Positions 50,864-61,614 are shown, counted from the stretch's first letter. The stretch is DNA of 64,000 bases from an uncultured delta proteobacterium (GCA_963752595.1 CAVVYZ010000014.1:1-64000); one strand, 5' to 3'. The notes: a model not told the origin generated them from the letters alone. Numbers and translations are program-made.

Positions 50864-53458
50864 TTGTTCGCTGTCATATGCATCCCATCGCAGCTGATGG
50901 CCGGCAAAGACATTATACAGGCGGGCGGACGGCCCGGCCAGTCGCGTATTGTCTTCTATCTCGGAGAGCTTGTCATACCGAGAATCATCCAGGAAGATCA
51001 GTCATTGATCGTCAATTTTCCGGACACTATCGGAGACCCTGTCTCGATAACGGACAGTTTCATGATCCAGAATCTTACTTTTGACGGCAAGACTGCCAAA
51101 ATATCCATGAAGCAGCCTTTCGAATTCTCCACCAGCTTTACCGAGAAACCGGCTCATTACGTGATCGATATCATCGAAAAGAAAGAGGGAGAGACCTTCT
51201 GCCCCATCGGAGATATTCAGGCCAAGCCCAACAATAACGGGATCACAGTGGAGATCTTTACCCAGAACGGTATGTGGCCCGAAGTCCGCTATGCAAAAAA
51301 CCGCCGCGTTTTCCTCATTTTCAAAGGGGATGTGAATTGTCCCGATATCGAGAAGAAAATCTCCAGGGTTCCATCTCTGAGGCTCGAAGAATCCATCAGG
51401 ATGCAGGGCGGCACTGCACTGGCCGTAAGCATCATTGACGGGCAGGCGGATGTGGAGGTAAAAGCCGAGGAAAAAAGCAATAAAATCATCCTGGATATCA
51501 ATACTTCCGGCCGGATGAGCCGTTCGAATATAGTAGCGCTCGCAGAAAAATCGTTAGAGCAGAATGATACCGCGTCAACGATTCATGCCCTTGAACGCTA
51601 CAAGGATTCACTTACCTCCCGGGAGAGCATCCTCCTCGGGAAGGCTTATTGGAAGATTGCGTATCCCTACTATATGGAAGCATACTCGATGAAAGCACTG
51701 AAATACATGAGTGCAGGCATCCAGGGCATGACTCCCGGAATCGGGCGGGAGGAGGTCATGCTCGAATACTTGCGGATGCTCAATCATGCCAGGATGTTCA
51801 CCGAGGCAGCGAAATATGTCAAATTTCTCAAAGATTCCATTGATACCGGGATAGCGGCAGAGGCCTACCTGATCGAGATCGCCGTCCTGAACAACAAGAA
51901 GATGTTTCAGGATGCCTTTGTCGAGAACAGACGCATGCTGAGCGTATTTGAAAAAGAAGGCATTCCCCAGAACCTCAAGGCATGCTACAACACGGTCCTC
52001 GCGGATACGTATCTCGGCCTCAATGCCTATTCCCGCGCCATGAAGCTCTACCGGGACGCGCTGACGGAAGATCCCGGGCTCTTCACCGCCGACCCCGGCC
52101 TCTATGCCCGGATGGGAGAAGCCGCCTACAACTCGGCTGATTATGCCACGGCAAAAGACTATCTCCTCCTTGCCATCAATGTAAGCCGCAAGGAAGACAA
52201 GGCACCGTATCTTATATCTCTCGGTGACTGCCTCTATCAGCTGGGCCAGACGGAAAAGGCAATGGGAGTGATGTCCGAGGTGGAGAATATGTCGCCCGAC
52301 AGCCAGAGCGACGTCATTGCCAAGCTCAAAACCGCCCGGATGATCCAGGAAAAGGATATGGAGAAAAATATCGGCAAGCTCTCCGATAAGGCCTTCCACC
52401 AGATCATTTATATCTATGAAGACCTCAAATCGACCAAGGAATACGAGGAGGGCCCCTTAGGATCGATCATCAAGATACGCCTGGCCCAGACCTATGTAAA
52501 ACGGAACGAATGGGACAACGCCCTGGATGCGTACCAACTGGCCTGGGCAGGCACGAAGAAGGACGACCCTATCCACAAATACGCCCAGGGAGAAGCTGAG
52601 AAGGCACTGGCCGTCCATCTTGGGAACCTCGATACCTTGGAAAAGTATGACCGGATCTGGGATCTCTATCTTCTCTATCAGGACAGCTTCATGAAGGATC
52701 TGAAAAGTCCGGAGGCCCTGTTCCCTCTCGGTAAGGCCATGAACGAGATGGGGTACCTGGACCAGGCGCACGCAATGCTTCTGGCCTGTATCAGAACTGC
52801 CTCCGCCAAGACCGATCAGGCCTTATTCATCTTGTTTTCGATTGACTACAGGAAGGCTGACTACGCCTCGGCGCTTGTATGGAATACGCGGTACCTCCAG
52901 GGATATCCCCAGGGGAAAGACTTTGTAAAGATGCAGGCAATCCGGGGAGAGATCCTCTACAGGACGAACCATTTTGCCGAGGCCGTACCGTTCCTGGAGC
53001 ACTCCATACGGCAGGGCGGCGAGAGAACCCTTTTCGACCTCTTCTATCTGGCAAATACCTATAACAAGCTCGGCAACCAGTCAGGCGAGGATGCAGCGCT
53101 TGACCGGATCGTCGAGTACGCTGATTCCATGAGGTCTCCCGTCATAGAAAAAGCCCTCTATACAAGGGCGAACGGGCTCAAACAGACCGGAGGCCTGGCA
53201 AAGGCACGAGTGCTTTACACCAAGCTGCTCAATACCTATCCTCAGACATCCGTCAGGGACTGGGCGTTCTACCATCTTGCTTTAGTATACCATGGCGAGG
53301 GCAACGATGAGGAGGCAACAAAGCTTCTGACTGCCCTGATCCAGCGGAGCAAGGACAAAACGTTGCTCCGTCTCGCGAATAACTCTCTTGGGGAATTGGT
53401 CCTGGACAACGAAATTCACGAATATACGAGATTCATAGACCGTTTTGGAGGGAAGTAG
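50864..53458 (+). CDS. Large exported TPR-repeat protein in the flagellar cluster; true start may be near 50808
   Basis: 864-aa ORF; beta-rich N-terminal third, then many TPR-like helical repeats. Confidence 0.8.
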   Translation: MFAVICIPSQLMAGKDIIQAGGRPGQSRIVFYLGELVIPRIIQEDQSLIVNFPDTIGDPVSITDSFMIQNLTFDGKTAKISMKQPFEFSTSFTEKPAHYVIDIIEKKEGETFCPIGDIQAKPNNNGITVEIFTQNGMWPEVRYAKNRRVFLIFKGDVNCPDIEKKISRVPSLRLEESIRMQGGTALAVSIIDGQADVEVKAEEKSNKIILDINTSGRMSRSNIVALAEKSLEQNDTASTIHALERYKDSLTSRESILLGKAYWKIAYPYYMEAYSMKALKYMSAGIQGMTPGIGREEVMLEYLRMLNHARMFTEAAKYVKFLKDSIDTGIAAEAYLIEIAVLNNKKMFQDAFVENRRMLSVFEKEGIPQNLKACYNTVLADTYLGLNAYSRAMKLYRDALTEDPGLFTADPGLYARMGEAAYNSADYATAKDYLLLAINVSRKEDKAPYLISLGDCLYQLGQTEKAMGVMSEVENMSPDSQSDVIAKLKTARMIQEKDMEKNIGKLSDKAFHQIIYIYEDLKSTKEYEEGPLGSIIKIRLAQTYVKRNEWDNALDAYQLAWAGTKKDDPIHKYAQGEAEKALAVHLGNLDTLEKYDRIWDLYLLYQDSFMKDLKSPEALFPLGKAMNEMGYLDQAHAMLLACIRTASAKTDQALFILFSIDYRKADYASALVWNTRYLQGYPQGKDFVKMQAIRGEILYRTNHFAEAVPFLEHSIRQGGERTLFDLFYLANTYNKLGNQSGEDAALDRIVEYADSMRSPVIEKALYTRANGLKQTGGLAKARVLYTKLLNTYPQTSVRDWAFYHLALVYHGEGNDEEATKLLTALIQRSKDKTLLRLANNSLGELVLDNEIHEYTRFIDRFGGK

Positions 53459-53466
53459 CAACTGTT

Positions 53467-54792
53467 ATGTCCATCGCGATCCTCGACCCTGACAAATCTA
53501 CAGTGACCATACTCGCGGAACTTATCGAAGACATGGGGGAAACGCCCTGCCCTTTCACGGACAAGGACAAGTTCCTCGGCGCCATCAACCCCAAATCCCA
53601 TTCCATCGCGATTATCTCAGATGATTTCCTGGATGTCGTCGAGGGCACCAAGCAGGTGTACCAGGACATCGAGGTCGTAGCCACCGGCACACAGTTCTGT
53701 GATCTCGCGCTCCAGGCAGGTGCTTCCCATTACCTGAAGAAGCCTTTCCTGGCAGAGGAGTTCCGCCAGGTCATCAATGTCATCCTCCATGCCAAGAAGA
53801 ACAAGGGTTCATCAGAAACCGGATCGTTCATCGCACATGACAAAGGCATGAGAAAGATCATCGAGATGCTCGATAAGGTAGCCCCGACCCAGGCGCCGAT
53901 TCTCATCCAGGGTGAGTCCGGAACCGGCAAGGAAGTCATCGCGCGATACATCCACAAGCTCAGCAAGCGCGCTACAGGCCCCTATGTGGGAATAAACCTG
54001 GCGGCCATACCCGATACCTTGCTGGAGAGCGAACTGTTCGGATACGAGAAGGGAGCCTTTACCGGCGCCTATGCCACGAGGGTCGGGAAGTTCGAGCTCG
54101 CCCATGACGGGACCATCCTCCTCGATGAGGTCACTGAGATCAGCATAGGGCTCCAGGCCAAGCTCCTCAGGGTCCTCCAGGAAAAACAGATCGACCGCGT
54201 CGGGTCCAAGGCCCCCATCGCCGTGGACTTCCGGGTGATCGCCACGACCAACCGTGATATCGAGATCGATGTAAAAGAAGGCAGGTTCCGCAGAGACCTC
54301 TATTTCCGGCTGAATGTGATCCCCATCAAGGTCCCGCCGCTTCGGTCCAGGAAGGATGACATCCTCCCCCTTGCTGCGCACTTCATCACAAAGATCGCCA
54401 GACGCGAAGGCATGGGAGAGAAGTTTTTGACACCCCAGGCAAAAGATGCCCTCTTGGGCTACTCGTGGCCCGGCAATGTGCGGGAGCTCGAGAATGTGAT
54501 CGAGCGCTCCATGATCCTGACCGATGGACCCGAGATGTCCCCGGAGACGATCACGCTCGGCATGGAAGGCAGTGAAGAGGCCCCCGGACAGGCTGTCGGC
54601 GTGGGCACGACCATCCATGATATGGAGAAGAATCTCATCATGTCCACCCTGCAGAGCATGGACGGCAACCGGACAAAGGCGGCAACGCTTCTCGGCATCA
54701 GCATCCGGACCCTGCGCAACAAGCTCAACGAGTACTCGGGAAATGGTCAATTTTCCGACGCCGATCCGGTCAATTCCGTGGACATCGAGTAG
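53467..54792 (+). CDS. Sigma-54-dependent activator (FlrC/FleR-like) with an atypical receiver domain
   Basis: [33 protein letters not shown]; receiver lacks the normal acidic pocket pattern. Confidence 0.92.
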   Translation: MSIAILDPDKSTVTILAELIEDMGETPCPFTDKDKFLGAINPKSHSIAIISDDFLDVVEGTKQVYQDIEVVATGTQFCDLALQAGASHYLKKPFLAEEFRQVINVILHAKKNKGSSETGSFIAHDKGMRKIIEMLDKVAPTQAPILIQGESGTGKEVIARYIHKLSKRATGPYVGINLAAIPDTLLESELFGYEKGAFTGAYATRVGKFELAHDGTILLDEVTEISIGLQAKLLRVLQEKQIDRVGSKAPIAVDFRVIATTNRDIEIDVKEGRFRRDLYFRLNVIPIKVPPLRSRKDDILPLAAHFITKIARREGMGEKFLTPQAKDALLGYSWPGNVRELENVIERSMILTDGPEMSPETITLGMEGSEEAPGQAVGVGTTIHDMEKNLIMSTLQSMDGNRTKAATLLGISIRTLRNKLNEYSGNGQFSDADPVNSVDIE

Positions 54793-54825
54793 GCTCCAGC
54801 GGCATAAAAAGACCTTTTTCCCCCT

Positions 54826-54841
54826 TGGTACGAGTATTGCT
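54826..54841 (+). promoter_or_regulatory. Sigma-54 (-24/-12) promoter of the flgB operon
   Basis: TGGTAC-GAGTA-TTGCT, 26 bp before the flgB start. Confidence 0.8.
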
Positions 54842-54867
54842 TATTTTATACAAGAGAGGAGGGAATT

Positions 54868-55257
54868 ATGCCAGGAATCTTTGGAAAAGAATTTTCGGAA
54901 CTCACCTCGGTCATGAATTTCCGCCTGTTCCGCCAGGGGGTCATTTCCAGCAATATCGCAAATATTGACACCCCGGGATACAAGGCAAAAGAAACATCCT
55001 TTGATGAAGAACTGCAAACCCGCCTGCAGATGAGCACCACCACCCCGGAGCACATCCCTTCTCCCGACACGGCCGGAGCGATCTCCTTCCGTGTCGCGGA
55101 GGACCCGTACTCCCGCATCGGAAACGACTCCAATACGGTGGACATCGACCGCGAGATGATGAAGATCAGCCAGAATCAGCTGCTTTATGATGCATCGGCC
55201 CAGGCGGTCCAGACAAAAATTACGGCGATCAAAGAAGCCATACGAGGGATACGATAA
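54868..55257 (+). CDS. flgB: Flagellar basal-body rod protein FlgB
   Basis: SNIANIDTPGYKA, NTVDIDREM. Confidence 0.95.
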   Translation: MPGIFGKEFSELTSVMNFRLFRQGVISSNIANIDTPGYKAKETSFDEELQTRLQMSTTTPEHIPSPDTAGAISFRVAEDPYSRIGNDSNTVDIDREMMKISQNQLLYDASAQAVQTKITAIKEAIRGIR

Positions 55258-55661
55258 TGGACCTATTCACCGCAATGGATATCAGTGCCAGCGGCATGAG
55301 GGCGCAGAGGACCCGGCTGAATGTCATCTCCTCCAATATCGCCAATGCCCACACGACGAGGACGGACAAAGGCGGCCCCTATCAGCGCAGGGACGTGATT
55401 TTCCGGGAGAACTCTTTCGAGGATCAGCTCAGCTCCGTGGAGGTCGAGTCCATCACCAGCGACCCCACGCCCGGAAAGCGCACATACGAACCGAGCAATC
55501 CCGATGCGGACGGGGAAGGATATGTGACCCTGCCCAATGTAAATCTCATGGAAGAAATGGTCAATATGATCGGAGCGACACAAGCCTTTGAGGCGAACAC
55601 CACTGCCGTCAAGGCCGAGAAGGACATGGCCCTGAAGGCAATCAGCATAGGGAGGCTGTAA
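55257..55661 (+). CDS. flgC: Flagellar basal-body rod protein FlgC
   Basis: SASGM.AQR.RLNVISSNIAN, GPYQRR, PNVN..EEM. Confidence 0.95.
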   Translation: MDLFTAMDISASGMRAQRTRLNVISSNIANAHTTRTDKGGPYQRRDVIFRENSFEDQLSSVEVESITSDPTPGKRTYEPSNPDADGEGYVTLPNVNLMEEMVNMIGATQAFEANTTAVKAEKDMALKAISIGRL

Positions 55662-55951
55662 TGCGTATAGAACTGTCGGATTTTCCACGCTTGAGCATCG
55701 ACCAAGGTGAACGGAGTCAAAGCAAATCGCCCAAGGAAAGCTTTGTCGATACCTTGAAGCAGGCGGTCGAAATCACGAACAAGCAGGCCAAGGAGGCTGA
55801 CCGCTCTGCACTGGAGCTTGCCAAGGGCGAGAACGGGAACATCCACGAGACAATGATCGCCATGCAGAAAGCGGATGTCAACCTCCGACTCCTGATCGCG
55901 GTGACCAACAAGCTCATTGAAGGCTATAACCAGCTTACACAACTGAGATAA
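55661..55951 (+). CDS. fliE: Flagellar hook-basal body protein FliE
   Basis: SFVDTLK, IHETMIAMQKA, NKLIEGY; gene order. Confidence 0.92.
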   Translation: MRIELSDFPRLSIDQGERSQSKSPKESFVDTLKQAVEITNKQAKEADRSALELAKGENGNIHETMIAMQKADVNLRLLIAVTNKLIEGYNQLTQLR

Positions 55952-55953
55952 GT

Positions 55954-57570
55954 ATGAAAGACATTTTCTCAAACATAGCGGCATGGTTTTCCCGAACGAG
56001 CACCGTCCAGAAGCTCACCGTTTTTGGGATGCTCGGTCTGGCAATAGCCGTCATCGTCGTATCCCTCATGTGGGCTTTCGAACCCAAGTACCAGTATCTG
56101 TTCACCAATCTAGCCGAGTCGGATGCTTCGATGATAGTCCAGCACCTCAAGGAAAATCGTATCCCCTATAAACTGACCAAAGCGGGAACAGCTGTCATGA
56201 TCCCGGAGAAAAGCGTGTATGAGACAAGGCTGGACCTGGCTTCCAAAGGCCTGCCCAAGGGCGGTACCGGAGAAGGGTTTGCATTGTTCGACCAGACGGG
56301 ATTCTCCACATCCGAGTTTGTCCAGAAGATCAATTTCCAGCGTGCCCTCCAGAACGAACTCGCCAATACCATCATGTCCCTGGAGGAAGTGGACTACGCC
56401 AGGGTCCATATCGCGCTCCCCAAGGAGAGCGTCTTTATCGAAGACGAAAAGCCCGCGAAGGCCTCCATTGTCGTGAAACCGAAGCAGGGGCTGACCATAC
56501 CTCAGGGCCAGGTCCAGGGCATCGTGTATCTGGTGGCGAAGAGCGTACGGGGCCTCGACCCCGAGAACATCAGCATCGTGGATATCCGGGGCAAGGTGCT
56601 CTATGAGGGCAAGAAGGATTCGGCATCCATATCCCTTGCCAACAATTACCTCGATGTCAAGCATACCACCGAGAACGCGCTACAGGGCCGTGCCCAGGAC
56701 CTCCTGGAAAAGATCCTGGGGCCGGCGGCCGCGGTGGTAAAAGTGAGCGCGGACATCGACATGGACATGGTCAAGAGCGTCGAGGACAACTATGATCCCG
56801 AGGTCCATGTAGTCAGGAGCGAGGAGTTGAAAAATGCGTACAACGGCAGCGATACCATAAATGGCGGGATTGCCGGGACCCAGTCAAACCTGCCCACCGG
56901 CAGGGGAGGACCGGGATCCATCCCTGACAACGCCTCGGAAGGCCGGTCCAATGTCGTCCGGAACTATGAGATCGCACGGAACCAGACCGAGCGGGTCAAA
57001 TCACCGGGAAAAATCACCCGGCTGACCGTATCCGTGGTGGTTGACGGCACCTATAAGACCGATGCTAAGGGCAACAAAACCTTTTCCGCAAGGAATGCAG
57101 ATGAGCTCAAACGCATCGAAGATGCGGTGAAACAGACCGTGGGCTTCAGCGCCGACCGCGAGGATACGTTCTCCATATCCTGTATGCCCTTTACACAGGA
57201 AGGTCCGGAATTAGCGGCCCTGGCGGAGAAGGCGAAGAAAAATGAGCTCCTGGCCTCGCTTATCAAGCCTGCCGTCTTCCTCGTAACCACGCTGCTTGTC
57301 CTGCTGTTCGTTGTACGGCCTCTCATGCGGTGGCTGTCAAAGTCATTCAAGATCATCGAAAGGGGCGCTGATAAGAGAAGGGCCCTGCCGACGGCAGATG
57401 ACCTGCCCGAAATAACGGGAGAAGAGGTGCCTCAGCTGGAAGCCATCACGAAAGGAGAAGAAATAAAGCATGCCGTTCAGGGCAAGCGCAAGGTGATCGA
57501 AAAGGGCAGCAAGGATGATATGAACACTGCCACCGCGGTTGTGAAATCCTGGTTGCAGGAGAACGTCTGA
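55954..57570 (+). CDS. fliF: Flagellar MS-ring protein
   Basis: GFALFD, RALQNELA.TI, ARVHI, two TM segments, VKSWL. Confidence 0.95.
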   Translation: MKDIFSNIAAWFSRTSTVQKLTVFGMLGLAIAVIVVSLMWAFEPKYQYLFTNLAESDASMIVQHLKENRIPYKLTKAGTAVMIPEKSVYETRLDLASKGLPKGGTGEGFALFDQTGFSTSEFVQKINFQRALQNELANTIMSLEEVDYARVHIALPKESVFIEDEKPAKASIVVKPKQGLTIPQGQVQGIVYLVAKSVRGLDPENISIVDIRGKVLYEGKKDSASISLANNYLDVKHTTENALQGRAQDLLEKILGPAAAVVKVSADIDMDMVKSVEDNYDPEVHVVRSEELKNAYNGSDTINGGIAGTQSNLPTGRGGPGSIPDNASEGRSNVVRNYEIARNQTERVKSPGKITRLTVSVVVDGTYKTDAKGNKTFSARNADELKRIEDAVKQTVGFSADREDTFSISCMPFTQEGPELAALAEKAKKNELLASLIKPAVFLVTTLLVLLFVVRPLMRWLSKSFKIIERGADKRRALPTADDLPEITGEEVPQLEAITKGEEIKHAVQGKRKVIEKGSKDDMNTATAVVKSWLQENV

Positions 57571-58586
57571 TGATAAAACTGAAAAAGATCGACGGTCCCC
57601 AGAAGGCAGCCATCTTCCTCATGGCCATGGGTGACGAATTCACCCGCAATGTGTTCAAAGGTTTGACGGATTATGAGATCAAACTGCTGGGGAAGCGCCT
57701 TGCAAACCTTGAAGATGCAACCATCCCGGTGGATGTGGTGCAGAATGTCATGGACGAGTTCTCAATGTTGAGTTCCCAGGTGAGCGGCGTCACCGGAAAG
57801 GGCATGGGCTACCTCAAGGATGCCCTTGTCTCGGCCCTGGGTGCGGATAAGGCAAAACCGATCCTGGAATCCATTTCTATGGCGACCGACACCACGGCAT
57901 TCTCATCGCTCAAAGGGGTAGACCCCCTGATCCTCGTGGACTACCTCAAAGGAGAGCACCCGCAGACCGTGGCCCTGGTGCTTGCCCATCTCGACTATGC
58001 AAAAGCCGCCCAGATCATCAAGGAACTGCCCGAGAAACTCCAGCCCGAAATCATCTTCCGGATGGCAAATCTAGGCATGGTGCCGGCAGGCGTTATCGAA
58101 GACCTCGACCAGGTTCTGCGCAAGGAGATCGAGGCCATGGGCTCCACCGAGAGCAAGAAGCTTGGGGGCGTCGAAACCGTTGCCGAGATCATGAACCAGA
58201 TGGACCATAATACCGAAAACAATATATTTTCGTTCCTAGAAGAAATGGATGCAGACCTTGCCGAAGGCATCCGCCAGAAGATGTTCGTGTTCGAAGATAT
58301 CGTCGGCATCGACAGCCGCGGCATCCAGACCATCCTCAAGGAAATCACGAATGAAGAGCTTGCCCTTGCCTTGAAGACAGCCAGCGAAAACCTGAAGAGC
58401 CTCATCCTGAAGAACATGTCCTCGCGAGCTTCCGAGATGCTCCTGGACGATATGGAAGCCATGGGGCCCGTGAAGCTTTCCGATGTAGAGAATGCGCAGC
58501 AGTCCATCGTCCGTGTGGCGAGAAAGCTTGAGGCAGGCGGCAAGATCGTCATCGGCGGAAAGGGTGGTGAGGATGTCCTCGTCTAG
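57570..58586 (+). CDS. fliG: Flagellar motor switch protein
   Basis: KAAIFL, EHPQTVALVL, MFVFED, NMSSRA. Confidence 0.96.
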   Translation: MIKLKKIDGPQKAAIFLMAMGDEFTRNVFKGLTDYEIKLLGKRLANLEDATIPVDVVQNVMDEFSMLSSQVSGVTGKGMGYLKDALVSALGADKAKPILESISMATDTTAFSSLKGVDPLILVDYLKGEHPQTVALVLAHLDYAKAAQIIKELPEKLQPEIIFRMANLGMVPAGVIEDLDQVLRKEIEAMGSTESKKLGGVETVAEIMNQMDHNTENNIFSFLEEMDADLAEGIRQKMFVFEDIVGIDSRGIQTILKEITNEELALALKTASENLKSLILKNMSSRASEMLLDDMEAMGPVKLSDVENAQQSIVRVARKLEAGGKIVIGGKGGEDVLV

Positions 58587-59226
58587 GATACTCAAGGGAG
58601 ACAAGAAGCACTCCTCCGTGACCCCCTATACCATCCAGGAGATGGAGTCCAAAACAAAGCCCGGCAAGCGGGAAGAAGCATCGAAGGATGCCGAGACCAT
58701 CATCAGAAATGCGCGGGAGATAAAAGAATCCATCGAGATGGAAGCCTACAAAGAAGGGATCCTGAAAGGTCAGGAAGAGGGCCGGAAGATGGCGATCAAG
58801 CAGATCGAGCCTCTTTTCGATACCCTGAAAAATGCCTTGGAAGAATTGTCCGATCTACGGTCCGCCATGATTGAAAAACACCAGGAGCAGATCCTTGAAA
58901 TAGTTTTCCTCATTGCAGAAAAGGCCATACACCGCCAGATTCATCTATCTCCCGACATCATCCTGGATACGGTCCGCGCAGCGAGCAGTCATCTCACCGA
59001 AACCGAAGAGATACGCATCCGCCTCCACCCTTCGGATTTCGAATACATCAGGGAAATAGAGGCGATCATCTCCAAGAAACTCACAGGGAGAAATACCATC
59101 CACGTCATTGAGGACAGCTCCATAGATCGCGGCGGATCCGTCATCGAGACCGAATTCGGTGACATCGATGCAACCGTTCGCTCCCAGATTGAACATATGA
59201 AGGAAGTGGTTATCGATCATGACTAG
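58573..59226 (+). CDS. fliH: Flagellar assembly protein FliH
   Basis: GxxxG repeats, IRLHPSD, GG..IET..GDIDA. Confidence 0.9.
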   Translation: MSSSRILKGDKKHSSVTPYTIQEMESKTKPGKREEASKDAETIIRNAREIKESIEMEAYKEGILKGQEEGRKMAIKQIEPLFDTLKNALEELSDLRSAMIEKHQEQILEIVFLIAEKAIHRQIHLSPDIILDTVRAASSHLTETEEIRIRLHPSDFEYIREIEAIISKKLTGRNTIHVIEDSSIDRGGSVIETEFGDIDATVRSQIEHMKEVVIDHD

Positions 59227-60538
59227 TCTCGCAAAATATGCGGCCATCCTCAAAGAGACCGATCCCATCCAGGTGCGGGGAAAGGTCACGAACATCGTGG
59301 GCCTGGTGGTCGAAGGCCACGGCCCAGGAAGTTCCATGGGCGGCATGTGCGAGATATACTCGAAGCAGATGAACACCTCCATCATGGCAGAGGTCGTGGG
59401 ATTCAGGGACAAGCGGGTTCTCCTCATGCCGCTCGGAGATTTAAGCGGCATCGGTCCGGGCAGCACCATCATAGCGAGAAAGTCGCATCCGTCCGTCAAG
59501 GTCGGCAGGGAACTCCTCGGCAGGGTAATAGACGGTATGGGCAACCCCCTTGACAGCCATGGAACGCTTATCCTCGGAGAAGAAATACCGCTGTATGGAA
59601 AGCCCATGAATCCTTTGAAAAAGAAGCGCATTACCGAGCCGCTGGACCTGGGGATTGCGGCAGTAAACGGCATCCTGACCATCGGCAAGGGACAGCGCAT
59701 GGCCATCATGGCAGGCTCCGGCGTGGGCAAGAGCGTCCTCATGGGCATGATGGCGCGCCACACCAAGGCGGATGTGAACGTGATCGCGCTCATCGGCGAA
59801 CGCGGCAGGGAGGTGAAGGAATTCATCGAAAGGGACCTGGGGGAAGAAGGGCTGAAGCGCTCCGTGGTCGTTGCGGCCATATCCGACCAGCCTGCCCTTA
59901 TCCGCGTCCGGGGAGCCTATCTTGCCACCGCCATCGCTGAATACTTCAGGGACAAAGGGCTCGACGTGCTCCTCATGATGGATTCCGTGACCCGGTTTGC
60001 CATGTCCATGAGGGAGATCGGCCTGGCAGTCGGCGAGCCTCCCACTACCAAAGGGTACACCCCTTCATGCTTCGCGAGACTGCCCAAACTCCTCGAGCGG
60101 GCCGGGAATACCGCTTCCCAGGGGAGCATTACGGGGCTCTATACCGTCCTCGTGGAAGGCGATGACATGAACGAACCCGTTGCGGACAGTGTCCGCTCGA
60201 TCGTTGACGGGCATATCGTGCTCTCCAGAGATCTTGCGGCAAGAAACCATTATCCTGCCGTCGATATCCTCAGGAGCGTAAGCAGGGTGATGAACGATAT
60301 CGTGACCAAGGATCATATGAAGATGGCCCGTAAGGTTCTGGAATACAAGGCGGTCTATGAAGAGGCGCGCGATCTCATCAATATCGGCGCCTATGTTTCG
60401 GGAAACAACCCCCAGATAGATACCGCCATCAAGCACATCGACGCCATCAATGCCTTCCTGAAGCAGGATATCGATGCAATGGTAAGCATTGAGGGGGTTT
60501 TGGGCATGATGAAAAAGATCCTGTCCGGGGCAGACTAG
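59219..60538 (+). CDS. fliI: Flagellar export ATPase
   Basis: AGSGVGKS, GERGREV, DSVTRFA, GEPPTTKGY, DGHIVL. Confidence 0.96.
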   Translation: MTSLAKYAAILKETDPIQVRGKVTNIVGLVVEGHGPGSSMGGMCEIYSKQMNTSIMAEVVGFRDKRVLLMPLGDLSGIGPGSTIIARKSHPSVKVGRELLGRVIDGMGNPLDSHGTLILGEEIPLYGKPMNPLKKKRITEPLDLGIAAVNGILTIGKGQRMAIMAGSGVGKSVLMGMMARHTKADVNVIALIGERGREVKEFIERDLGEEGLKRSVVVAAISDQPALIRVRGAYLATAIAEYFRDKGLDVLLMMDSVTRFAMSMREIGLAVGEPPTTKGYTPSCFARLPKLLERAGNTASQGSITGLYTVLVEGDDMNEPVADSVRSIVDGHIVLSRDLAARNHYPAVDILRSVSRVMNDIVTKDHMKMARKVLEYKAVYEEARDLINIGAYVSGNNPQIDTAIKHIDAINAFLKQDIDAMVSIEGVLGMMKKILSGAD

Positions 60539-60547
60539 AGGATCATT

Positions 60548-60988
60548 ATGGGATTCCGTTTCCGTTTTGAGACGCTCTCCAGAGTCAGAAAGATTCGAGA
60601 AGACTTGGCGCTGCAGGAGTTCTCCAAGGCTCAAAAGGTGCTCATCGACCTGGAAAACCTGAAAGCCGCAATTCTTTCCAGGAGGGCTTATGTATGGCAG
60701 AATCTCACAGAGAAGATGGACTCCGGAATTACGGCGCAGGAGATTATTTCCTACAATAATTACATCTTTTATCTGGAAGCCGGTATCACCGAGGCGGAAA
60801 AGCAGATCGCCCAGGCACTGAAAATAATCGAGACAAAGCGTCAGGAACTGCTCAAGGCGAAAAAGGAAGCAAAAGCCATCGAGCGCCTCAAGGAAATAGA
60901 CCTGGAACGATATACGGCGGAACAGGCGAGGCAGGAGATGAACTTCATTAATGAGATCGCAGTCCAGCGGCATGGGAGAATACAATGA
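60548..60988 (+). CDS. fliJ: Flagellar export chaperone FliJ
   Basis: FRFRFETL..VR..RED start, coiled coil, follows fliI. Confidence 0.88.
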   Translation: MGFRFRFETLSRVRKIREDLALQEFSKAQKVLIDLENLKAAILSRRAYVWQNLTEKMDSGITAQEIISYNNYIFYLEAGITEAEKQIAQALKIIETKRQELLKAKKEAKAIERLKEIDLERYTAEQARQEMNFINEIAVQRHGRIQ

Positions 60989-61614
60989 CCGGAAAAAAAA
61001 TCCTTTTTATCGCGATAATAGTGAATCTCTTTTTCCTTGGAATATATTTTTCCATCGATCCCCTTTCCGCGGCGGAAGAAAAGCAATCTCAGAGCGCTGC
61101 CAAGAAAGAATCCGCCCAGGATACCAGGGCTGCATGGGACTCTCTCAGGCAGCGGGAAGAACTTTTGAGGATCAGGCAGCAGGAATTGAATGAGCTGGAG
61201 AAGCGGATCGATGAGAAGATCAGGCGTCTCTCGGTGCTCGAAGCATCCATCAAGGTCGAACTCAGCTCGTACAAGCAAGTGAGCGATGAGCGAGTCAAGC
61301 ACCTCGTCAAGATCTATTCCTCCATGAAGCCGAACGCGGCAGCTAATCTCATGAACCAGATAGACCTCGAAGTGGCCACAGAGGTTTTCCTCAACATGAA
61401 GGGCGAGATAGCAGGCGGAATCCTCTCCTACATGGATACCCAGAAGGCCGCAGCCATCACCAAGAGGCTCATGAGCAACCGCAGGAGACAAGCTTCCGGA
61501 CCTTCTGCTCCCGAACCGGTACCTGCCCCGGCACCGGCACCCACCTGCAGCGGCAACCCAGCCCCAGCAGCAGTAATATTCCGGTATCCTCGTATCCAGC
61601 GAGAAGTTGGATAA
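60985..61614 (+). CDS. MotE/FlbB-like flagellar protein (MgtE N-domain like) with Pro/Ala tail
   Basis: TM helix, coiled coil, LVKIYSSMKPNAAA, ILSYMD..KAA; typical position after fliJ; 3' end may be shifted. Confidence 0.8.
   Translation: MTGKKILFIAIIVNLFFLGIYFSIDPLSAAEEKQSQSAAKKESAQDTRAAWDSLRQREELLRIRQQELNELEKRIDEKIRRLSVLEASIKVELSSYKQVSDERVKHLVKIYSSMKPNAAANLMNQIDLEVATEVFLNMKGEIAGGILSYMDTQKAAAITKRLMSNRRRQASGPSAPEPVPAPAPAPTCSGNPAPAAVIFRYPRIQREVG

Noticed and set aside
58492-60988. Injectisome-type secretion system
   Set aside because: Context with flgBC, fliE and fliG identifies the flagellar export apparatus.
61500-61580. CCGGCA-type short tandem repeats
   Set aside because: They encode an ordinary Pro-Ala linker tail of the MotE-like protein.
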